Assembly: GCA_964559965.1 (NCBI GenBank)
Contig: CAZLJV010000001.1
Coordinates: 1-54,192, forward strand
DNA: 54,192 nucleotides
DNA from: an uncultured Oscillospiraceae bacterium
GTDB lineage: Bacteria > Bacillota > Clostridia > Peptostreptococcales > Anaerovoracaceae
Reading direction: 5' to 3'
The translations under genes and the position numbers were made by a program. The notes beneath the pieces are model-generated. The model was given only the letters and a program-made list of their open reading frames with translations, ran no database searches and was not told the origin of the DNA. Shown piece after piece: positions 47,206 through 54,192 of the stretch (its first letter is position 1; each line of letters starts with the position of its first letter).

Positions 47206-50200
47206 ATGCTGAACATTTACTATGGACGCGAGAGCGTGGATAAGGAAAAATTTTTGTTCGATCAGATTCGTATGCAGGCAGAAAGTGAGGGCGTGGAAAA
47301 GCGCAGGACAAGTACGATTTTGCTGGTTCCTGACCAGTACACTCTTGAAGCTGAGCAGCAGGCGTTTCGCCATCTTAAGGCAAAGGGCCTGATGGACATC
47401 GAGGTGCTTTCCATGTCCAGATTGGGAAGCCGTTTAATCAGACAGCATGGTGGTGCGAAGCAGACCTTTATCGACAAGTACGGCCGTCATATGATTTTGG
47501 CGCAGATTGCCCGGGAAAATCGCGAAAAACTTCAGGTTTTCCGAGGACTTGAGGAACGAAATTCATTCATCGATATGGTGAACAACTTTATCTCTGAACT
47601 GAAGCAGTACAACTGCGGGACGGCAGAGATGGATGCCATGGTTCAGGAAACGGCAGAGGGTTCGTATACTCAGCGCAAGCTGCAGGATTTGTCCATGATG
47701 TATAAGTGCTATGAGGACAGGATTCGCGGAAAGTATACTGACTCGGAGGACTATATCGACCTGTACCTCTCCAAAATCCGTGAGTCCCAGTGGATTGCTG
47801 AAAGCCGTATTTGGATTTATGGTTTCGACAGTTTCGCACCTAAGTCCTTGTCAGCCATCGGGCAGCTGATTGCGCAGGCTGAAGAGGTTAATGTGGTTTT
47901 GACATGGGACGACGGTAAGCGTGATGGGGATTTGTTTGCTCTTACTGGAATTGTAATGGAAAATCTGGAGCATGAGGCCATGGCAGTCAGTGCTGATGTG
48001 CGCAGAGTGCAGATTCCATCTAAGCCTGATTCCGTCTGGATGCGAGAAGGTGTAGCTGAATCTATCCGTCATATCGAAAAGGAACTATATACGCTGCCTT
48101 CTCACAAGTCTGAAAACTGTGAGGGATTAACTCTGGTCGCTGCTGCTGGTCTGTATAACGAGGCCGAAAGTGCTGCTTCCTATGTCCTTCACTTGGTAAG
48201 AGATAAGGGGCTGCGCTATAAAGATATCAGGGTTGTGTGCAATGATCAGGATACTCGCGGTCCTATATTAGAGCGAGTATTTCAGGAATATGGAATTCCG
48301 CTTTTCAGCGATGGAAAGAAGGACATTCTGTCCAGTCCTGTGATTCAGTATGTGCTGGCCCTTTTAGATGTGTTGGCTGGTGGCTATCGCACTGATGATG
48401 TAATCAGAATGCTTAAATCTGGTTTCGGGCCGCTTGAGCACAATGAGGTAACAGAACTTGAAAATTATGCTATAAAATATAGAATACGCTGGAGTATGTG
48501 GAAGAAGCCTTTTACAAAGGGCGTGTTTGAATATGGCGATGATGGTCTGGCTGCCATTGAGTCCATGCGTCAAAAGGCTGTGGAACCGCTGTTGGCTCTG
48601 GAACCGTTGCTCAAGTCAGCTACGACGGGCGAGTTCATTCAGGCATTATATGAGTACCTCTATGAAAGCGTAAGCCTGCCGGAGCAGATTTTGGCATATA
48701 TGAAGATTCAGGAAGAGATGGGACGAATAGATTTAGCTGAGGAAACAAGCCAAGTTTGGGGTAAGATGGTCGGAATCTTAGATCAGATGATGGAAATTGG
48801 CGGCGAAATTGCGTTCGACTTGAAAAAATTCCTAGAGCTGTTCCGTGTAGGGCTGTCACAGGTTGAAATTGGCGTGCTGCCACCGACTCAGGACGGGCTT
48901 CTCATGGGAACTATGCAGAGAACTCGAATGAGTCAGGCACGTGCGCTTATCGTTGTAGGCGCTAATGAGGGCGTGCTGCCGCAGGAAAAACCTGAAGCTG
49001 GCTTGTTCAGCGGAGAAGAAAAGGAATTTTTCCGCAACCATGGCACGGAGCTTTGCAAAATCGATGCTGTCGTACTTATGGAGGAACGCCTGGCGATTTA
49101 TCGTAATCTGGCCCGCCCTACAGAATTCTTGTGGATGAGCCACGCTCTGGCAGATGGTGAAGGGAAGGAGAGCAAGCCGTCGTCCATCTATATTAAGATA
49201 AAGGGACTGTTCCCTACTTTGAGGGAGCAAAAAGACGTACTCAATGAGGTGGATGAAAATGGTGTTTGGAATCCGCTGCCTTTGGTAAACGGCGGTTTAA
49301 GTACTCTTCGTCACCTTTCCAGTGCGCTTCAAGATGTCACTGCTGCAGGCGGCGGTCAGGCTGGTGCAGATGCTCATAACCCTTCTGCATATCTCCATGA
49401 TGCGTGGAAGGAAACTATGGCATGGTATAAGGGTGCTGATGAATTGGATCGAATCCGAGAGGGTATGTCCTTTACAAATATACAGGAGTCCTTGGGGCGT
49501 GAAGCTGCTCACCAGCTTTTTATGAAAAATCCTGAAGGAGCTATGTCGCTTAGCCCATCAAGGCTTGAAAAGTTTTCACGCTGTCCGTTTTCTCATTTCA
49601 TTTCCTATGGCCTTAAACCAGAGGAAAGACGAATATTCCAGATAGCACCGAGAGAAATAGGTGATATTTATCACGAGTGTCTTTTGACATTGGCACAGGA
49701 GCTTACAGATCCTAATTTAGATGTGACACATCCGCTGTCACCATGGATGACCATAACTCGTCAGCAGTGCAATGATCTGGTAAGGAAGACAGCTCAAGTT
49801 CAGATAGAAAGCTATCGTGATGGCCTTTTCAAAATGGGTAAAGAAGAGATTTATAGAAGTGGCCGAATTTATGATGTATGCGAAAAAGTCTGCTGGACTG
49901 TGGTTGAACATGTACGTGCCGGCGTAATAAAATCCTGCGATTTCGAAGTTGGATTCCGCAGAGGAGGTAAGATTCCTCCTATTGAGTTGGAAATCGGCGG
50001 AGAAACTGCATATATCGAAGGTAAGATTGACAGAGTGGATTGGCTTCCTGATGACCGTGTAAAGATTATTGACTACAAGACGGGAAGTGAATCCTTCGAT
50101 ATTGACGAGGCTAAAGCGGGCTACAGACTTCAGCTTATGCTTTATCTGCAGGCAGCTTGTCAGGAAGACAAAAAACCTGCCGGTGTATTCTACTTCAAAA

Positions 50201-50595
50201 TTTCAGAACCTAAAATCAATAAAGATGCTAGGGAATGGGATGAGGAAAAACTTGAAAGCGAAATCCGCAAGTCGTTCAAGATGGACGGAGTTACGGTGGA
50301 TGATGGCGATGTGATAAAATGCATAGATGGTGAAATGAATGGTCGCTCGGAGATTATATATGTTCAATCTAAAAGTATGAGCAAAAAACGTTTGCTGAGC
50401 GAGGAAGAGTTTGCTGAACTTAGAGATGCGGTTGCTGCGAAAACCGTCGAAATTTGTCGAAATTTGGCAAATGGTGAGATTGATATACATCCTATGAAGA
50501 CGAAATACAGGTCTGCATGCACATACTGTGAATACAAAGGGGTGTGCAGATTTGATACCGCATTTGAAGGCTGCGAATATAATGTAATATCTTAA
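47206..50595 (+). CDS. addB: helicase-exonuclease AddAB subunit B (inactive-helicase/nuclease subunit with Fe-S staple)
   Basis: 1129 aa. The N-terminus is like AddB/RexB (ILLVPDQYTLEAEQ) but has no intact Walker A. The C-terminal PD-(D/E)XK motif is IIDYKTG. Four cysteines (FSRCPF ... CTYCEYKGVC) match the AddB iron-sulfur cluster pattern. Confidence 0.85.
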   Translation: MLNIYYGRESVDKEKFLFDQIRMQAESEGVEKRRTSTILLVPDQYTLEAEQQAFRHLKAKGLMDIEVLSMSRLGSRLIRQHGGAKQTFIDKYGRHMILAQIARENREKLQVFRGLEERNSFIDMVNNFISELKQYNCGTAEMDAMVQETAEGSYTQRKLQDLSMMYKCYEDRIRGKYTDSEDYIDLYLSKIRESQWIAESRIWIYGFDSFAPKSLSAIGQLIAQAEEVNVVLTWDDGKRDGDLFALTGIVMENLEHEAMAVSADVRRVQIPSKPDSVWMREGVAESIRHIEKELYTLPSHKSENCEGLTLVAAAGLYNEAESAASYVLHLVRDKGLRYKDIRVVCNDQDTRGPILERVFQEYGIPLFSDGKKDILSSPVIQYVLALLDVLAGGYRTDDVIRMLKSGFGPLEHNEVTELENYAIKYRIRWSMWKKPFTKGVFEYGDDGLAAIESMRQKAVEPLLALEPLLKSATTGEFIQALYEYLYESVSLPEQILAYMKIQEEMGRIDLAEETSQVWGKMVGILDQMMEIGGEIAFDLKKFLELFRVGLSQVEIGVLPPTQDGLLMGTMQRTRMSQARALIVVGANEGVLPQEKPEAGLFSGEEKEFFRNHGTELCKIDAVVLMEERLAIYRNLARPTEFLWMSHALADGEGKESKPSSIYIKIKGLFPTLREQKDVLNEVDENGVWNPLPLVNGGLSTLRHLSSALQDVTAAGGGQAGADAHNPSAYLHDAWKETMAWYKGADELDRIREGMSFTNIQESLGREAAHQLFMKNPEGAMSLSPSRLEKFSRCPFSHFISYGLKPEERRIFQIAPREIGDIYHECLLTLAQELTDPNLDVTHPLSPWMTITRQQCNDLVRKTAQVQIESYRDGLFKMGKEEIYRSGRIYDVCEKVCWTVVEHVRAGVIKSCDFEVGFRRGGKIPPIELEIGGETAYIEGKIDRVDWLPDDRVKIIDYKTGSESFDIDEAKAGYRLQLMLYLQAACQEDKKPAGVFYFKISEPKINKDAREWDEEKLESEIRKSFKMDGVTVDDGDVIKCIDGEMNGRSEIIYVQSKSMSKKRLLSEEEFAELRDAVAAKTVEICRNLANGEIDIHPMKTKYRSACTYCEYKGVCRFDTAFEGCEYNVIS

Positions 50596-50599
50596 GGAA

Positions 50600-50623
50600 A
50601 AAGGCACTGGAAACAGTGCCTTT
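50600..50623 (+). terminator. hairpin terminator after addB
   Basis: AAAGGCACTG, loop GAAA, CAGTGCCTTT: a perfect 10-bp stem starting 5 nt after the stop. The trailing T-run is weak (TTT within the stem end). Confidence 0.55.
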
Positions 50624-50730
50624 GCCCTTGCAATAAGTCCGTAATCATGTTAAAATAACTGAATAGTTAAGGTTATGGTATAAGGCAGAAGTATGCCATA
50701 AAGAAGGCTAAAATCTAGGAGGAACTTAAG

Positions 50731-51822
50731 ATGATGAAGGAGAGATACCCACGGCTGGAGATCAATCTGGCCAGTTTAAAACATAACGTTGCTCACGTTG
50801 TTGAACTTTGCGGTGGCCATGGAATTCAGGTGGCAGGCGTAATTAAAGGCGCTACTGGAGATGTTGAGGTTGCGAAAGCGTTTGACTGGGGCGGTGCTGC
50901 ATTTATCGCTTCTTCTCGTCTGGAACAGATAGAAGATGCAAGATATGCAGGTATCGAAAAGAAGATGATGCTGATTCGTGTACCAATGCTCAGTGAAGTT
51001 TCAGATGTAATCCGTCTGGCGGACATCAGCTTGAATAGCGAACTGGAAGTTATCAAAGCTCTGAATGAAGAGGCTCGTGCTCAGGGTAAACTGCACAAGG
51101 TTATCCTGATGGCTGATTTAGGTGACCTGAGAGAAGGCTTCTGGGATAAGGACGAGATAGTTGATGTGGCTGAATATATTGAAAACAAGATGATCAACAT
51201 TCAGCTTGTAGGCGTAGGCACTAATCTGGGCTGCTATGGCTCTATCATGCCAACTGCAGAAAAGCTGCAGGAACTGGTTGATATTGCTGAAGCTATCGAA
51301 AAGCGTCTCGGTCGTGAACTGGAATACATTTCCGGTGGTGCTACAAGCAGCTTAATGCGTGTAATCGATGGAACTATTCCTAAGAGAATCAATCTGCTGC
51401 GCATCGGCGAAGGTATTTTGGTTGCTAGAGATTTACAGCAGTTCTACGGCTACGACCTGTCTAAGTTCAAGCATGATGTAGTTCGTCTGAAGGCAGAAGT
51501 AATCGAAGTTAAGAACAAGCCATCTCATCCAGTTGGCGAAATCGGCGTAGATGCTTTTGGACATAAGATGAAATATGTAGATAGAGGTATGCGTAAACGC
51601 GCACTTTTAGGTGTGGGCAAGGTTGACTATGGTGATCCATCTGACCTGCTGCCGCTGGAAAAGGGAATTGAAGTATTAGGTGCTTCAAGCGATCATACCA
51701 TTATCGATATCGAAGATGCCGAAAAGGACTGGAAGGTTGGCGACATCATGGAATTCGATGTGGACTATGCGACGCTGGTATATTTATCAAACTGCAGAAA
51801 TGTGCAGATTGCATATGTTTAA
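50731..51822 (+). CDS. alanine/ornithine racemase-fold PLP-dependent enzyme (YhfX/ornithine racemase-like)
   Basis: 363 aa. N-terminal alanine-racemase-type barrel with the GVIKG putative PLP-lysine context. The size is similar to ornithine racemase. Confidence 0.6.
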   Translation: MMKERYPRLEINLASLKHNVAHVVELCGGHGIQVAGVIKGATGDVEVAKAFDWGGAAFIASSRLEQIEDARYAGIEKKMMLIRVPMLSEVSDVIRLADISLNSELEVIKALNEEARAQGKLHKVILMADLGDLREGFWDKDEIVDVAEYIENKMINIQLVGVGTNLGCYGSIMPTAEKLQELVDIAEAIEKRLGRELEYISGGATSSLMRVIDGTIPKRINLLRIGEGILVARDLQQFYGYDLSKFKHDVVRLKAEVIEVKNKPSHPVGEIGVDAFGHKMKYVDRGMRKRALLGVGKVDYGDPSDLLPLEKGIEVLGASSDHTIIDIEDAEKDWKVGDIMEFDVDYATLVYLSNCRNVQIAYV

Positions 51823-51876
51823 TGCGTCGAACATATCATATATATAATTAATAAACTCAAGGGAGAAAAATAAACA

Positions 51877-52350
51877 ATGGCTGAAGAAATTCTTTTAACC
51901 CAAGAAGGGTATGACAAAATTGTTGCGGAACACGAAAATCTGGTTGCCGTAAGAAGAAAGGAAGTTGCTGACAGACTGAAGGAAGCGATTTCCTATGGTG
52001 ATATTTCCGAAAATGCAGAATATGACTCTGCTAAAGATGAACAGGCTGAAGTTGAAGAAAGAATTCTGAAACTGGAAGCAATGATCCGTAAGGCTAAAAT
52101 CATCGATGAAAATGAAATGCCTAAGGACCAGGTAAGTGTTGGTGTTAAGGTAGAAGTTGAAAATGTAGACACTGGTGATGTTAATGAATATGTAATCGTT
52201 GGTTCTACAGAAGCAGATCCGTTTGCAGGAAGAATTTCTAACGAATCTCTGGTTGGTCAGAATCTGCTGGGTAAGAAGATCGGGGAAGTAGTTGAAATCA
52301 TCGTACCAGACGGCATTCTGAAGTTAAAGGTTAAGTCCCTTAACAAGTAA
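51877..52350 (+). CDS. greA: transcription elongation factor GreA
   Basis: 157 aa. Contains LTQEGYDKI...YGDISENAEYDSAKDEQA, the coiled-coil signature of GreA. Confidence 0.95.
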   Translation: MAEEILLTQEGYDKIVAEHENLVAVRRKEVADRLKEAISYGDISENAEYDSAKDEQAEVEERILKLEAMIRKAKIIDENEMPKDQVSVGVKVEVENVDTGDVNEYVIVGSTEADPFAGRISNESLVGQNLLGKKIGEVVEIIVPDGILKLKVKSLNK

Positions 52351-52378
52351 TTGGGTGTTGACACAGAGAGGATAAAAA

Positions 52379-54192
52379 ATGAGCGAAGATATTAGAAACC
52401 AGGCTGCTCCTGAGGCGGCCGTAGAAGAAGTAGAAGTTTCTGAAGAAACGTTAAACGAGCAGAGAAGAATCAGAAGAGAAAAGCTGAAGGCTCTGCAGGA
52501 AGCTGGCAGAGATCCATTCTTAAATGAAACTTGGAATGTTACTGCACACAGCATGGACATCAAGAATAACTTCGAAGCTATGGAAGAACAGGAAGTTTCC
52601 TGCGCAGGCAGAATCATGGCTTTCAGAAACATGGGTAAGGCTTCCTTTATTGACATTCAGGACAAGCAGGGCAGAATCCAGTGCTATGTTCGTAAGGATG
52701 CAATCGGTGAAGAAGAATATAAGTGGTTCAAGACTTATGATATCGGTGATATCGTAGGTGTAGAAGGTACTGTATTTAAGACTAAGCATGGCGAAGTATC
52801 CATCAAGGCAGAAAAGGTAGTTCTGCTGACTAAGTCTTTGCAGGTTCTGCCAGACAAGTGGAGCGGTCTGAAGGACCAGGATACAAGATATCGTCAGAGA
52901 TATACTGACCTGATCATGAATCCGGAAGTAAGAGATACTTTCGTTAAGAGATCCAGAATCATCAAGGAAATCAAGCGTGTACTGGAAGAAGATTTCGGTT
53001 ATCTGGAAGTGGATACTCCAATTCTGACGACTATCGCTGGTGGTGCTAACGCAAGACCGTTCAACACTCACCACAACACTCTGAATCTGGACATGAAGAT
53101 GCGTATTTCCAACGAACTGTACCTGAAGAGACTGATCGTTGGCGGCCTGGACCGTGTTTACGAAATGGGTAAGATGTTCCGTAATGAAGGTATGGACAGA
53201 AACCACAACCCAGAATATACATCAATGGAATGCTACATGGCTTACGGTGATATGGAAGATACAATGGAAGTCGTTGAACAGCTGGTATACAAGTCAGCTA
53301 TGGCAGTAAACGGTACACCAATCATCACATATCAGGGCAAGCAGTTCGATGTAACTCCTCCTTGGAGAAGACTGAACATGGCAGATGCTGTTAAGGAAAT
53401 CTTAGGTGTTGATTTCGATCAGATTACAACTGACGAAGAAGCTAGAGCTGCTGCTTTAGAAAAGGGTATGGATCCTGAAGAAGTTCAGCACTGGACTCGT
53501 GGTAAGATTATTGCTGAAATGTTCGAAGAATTCTGTGAAGATGTTCCAGGATATCTGGACGGACCAGTATTCGTTGTTGGTCACCCAGTAGAAATCTCTC
53601 CTCTGGCTAAGAGAGACCCTAAGGACCCAAGAATCACAAGAAGATTCGAAGCATATATTAACGGCTGGGAAATCTGTAATGCGTTCTCCGAACTGAACGA
53701 CCCAATCGATCAGTACGAAAGATTCGTAGTTCAGCAGCATCAGCTGGATACTGGTGAAGATGACGAAGCACATCCAATGGATATGGACTTCGTAAACGCT
53801 CTGGAAGTTGGTATGCCTCCAACTGGTGGTCTGGGCGTAGGTATAGACCGTGTCGTAATGCTTATCTGCGATGCTCCAAGCATTCGTGACGTAATCATCT
53901 TCCCAACAATGAAGCCGCTGGATTCCGACAAGAAGACTGCAGCAGTTCAGGCTGAGGTTGAAGATGTTAAGGCTGACGAAGTTATCGACTTCTCTAAGGT
54001 AGAAGTTGAACCTCTGTTCAGTGATTTCGTTGATTTCGAAACTTTCTCTAAGTCTGATTTCAGAGCTGTGAAGGTTAAGGAATGTGAAGCAGTTAAGAAG
54101 TCCGAAAAGCTGCTGAAGTTCGTTCTGGATGATGGTACAGATACTGACCGTGTTATCCTGAGCGGCATTCACGCTTATTACGAACCTGAAGA
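52379..54192 (+). CDS. lysS: lysine--tRNA ligase (class II), 3'-partial, with C-terminal tRNA-binding-domain extension
   Basis: This ORF is not in the supplied track because it runs off the window end. My manual translation from ATG 52379 is open to 54192. It reads MSEDIRNQ...GRIMAFRNMGKASFIDIQD...FRNEGMDRNHNPEYT...GGLGVGIDRVVMLI...IIFPTMKP. The greA-lysS order is typical of Firmicutes. Confidence 0.93.
   Translation, partial: MSEDIRNQAAPEAAVEEVEVSEETLNEQRRIRREKLKALQEAGRDPFLNETWNVTAHSMDIKNNFEAMEEQEVSCAGRIMAFRNMGKASFIDIQDKQGRIQCYVRKDAIGEEEYKWFKTYDIGDIVGVEGTVFKTKHGEVSIKAEKVVLLTKSLQVLPDKWSGLKDQDTRYRQRYTDLIMNPEVRDTFVKRSRIIKEIKRVLEEDFGYLEVDTPILTTIAGGANARPFNTHHNTLNLDMKMRISNELYLKRLIVGGLDRVYEMGKMFRNEGMDRNHNPEYTSMECYMAYGDMEDTMEVVEQLVYKSAMAVNGTPIITYQGKQFDVTPPWRRLNMADAVKEILGVDFDQITTDEEARAAALEKGMDPEEVQHWTRGKIIAEMFEEFCEDVPGYLDGPVFVVGHPVEISPLAKRDPKDPRITRRFEAYINGWEICNAFSELNDPIDQYERFVVQQHQLDTGEDDEAHPMDMDFVNALEVGMPPTGGLGVGIDRVVMLICDAPSIRDVIIFPTMKPLDSDKKTAAVQAEVEDVKADEVIDFSKVEVEPLFSDFVDFETFSKSDFRAVKVKECEAVKKSEKLLKFVLDDGTDTDRVILSGIHAYYEPE

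Noticed and set aside
50673-50701. 10-bp hairpin (TTATGGTATA / TATGCCATAA, one G-U pair, 9-nt loop) upstream of the racemase-fold gene
   Set aside because: It is small and isolated, and it matches no riboswitch or attenuator class I recognise. It could arise by chance in AT-rich DNA.
52520-54172. Two long minus-strand ORFs (52520-53206, 228 aa; 53456-54172, 238 aa), which are the only track ORFs covering this region
   Set aside because: They lie antisense to an unambiguous lysS reading frame, which is open from 52379 to the window end and has class II synthetase motifs. Their translations are low-complexity and motif-free. They are shadow ORFs.
1-54192. Scan of the whole window for CRISPR arrays, IS elements, transposases, integrases, phage genes, toxin-antitoxin pairs, and tRNA or rRNA genes
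   Set aside because: I found no spaced direct repeats, no transposase/integrase/recombinase-like ORFs, no small paired ORFs in intergenic regions, and no tRNA-like or rRNA-like sequence by eye. tRNAscan, Infernal and repeat finders would be needed to exclude small elements formally.

Overview
The window is a chromosomal segment with Clostridia-type gene content and organisation. It is densely coding. I saw no rRNA, tRNA, CRISPR array, transposase or integrase.

Gene content, left to right:
1. 42-5706 (-): a cobamide nucleotide-loop assembly/salvage operon. Gene order is a CbiR-like TIM-barrel gene, cobT, cobU, cobS, a degenerate cobU paralog, cobC, and a translationally coupled M20 amidohydrolase.
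2. 5840-10997 (+): a purine-salvage block with a DMT transporter, an HD protein, xpt, pbuX and an FAD protein. pbuX is split by a perfect 256-bp tandem duplication.
3. 11066-24543: a complete methylaspartate-pathway glutamate fermentation locus.
   - A ten-gene minus-strand operon: glmS-glmL-glmE-mal-citG-citD-citE-citF-citC-citX.
   - A divergent plus-strand operon: an unknown P-loop protein, a two-subunit class-I fumarase-type hydratase (predicted mesaconase) and a GntR regulator.
4. 24632-31075: housekeeping genes, namely a phosphoribosyltransferase, a monofunctional transglycosylase, birA, a CNNM/CorC-type protein and secA.
5. 31065-43205: a block of about 12 kb of accessory-looking genes between secA and prfB. 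It holds an Eis-like GNAT, a PucR regulator with two aminotransferases, an ECF sigma factor with a 7-TM partner, an aldo/keto reductase, an OB-fold protein, two amidohydrolases and an APC permease.
6. 43206-54192: prfB (with its +1 frameshift), tex, a HAD hydrolase, addB (no adjacent addA), a racemase-fold PLP enzyme, greA, and a 3'-truncated lysS that carries a C-terminal tRNA-binding-domain extension.

Most worth a second look:
- the uncharacterised P-loop protein that heads the mesaconase operon
- the pbuX tandem duplication
- the unusual accessory genes of the cob operon
- the sigma-factor-led hydrolase/reductase module in the secA-prfB block

All functional calls come from reading motifs in the supplied translations. 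No database search was run.
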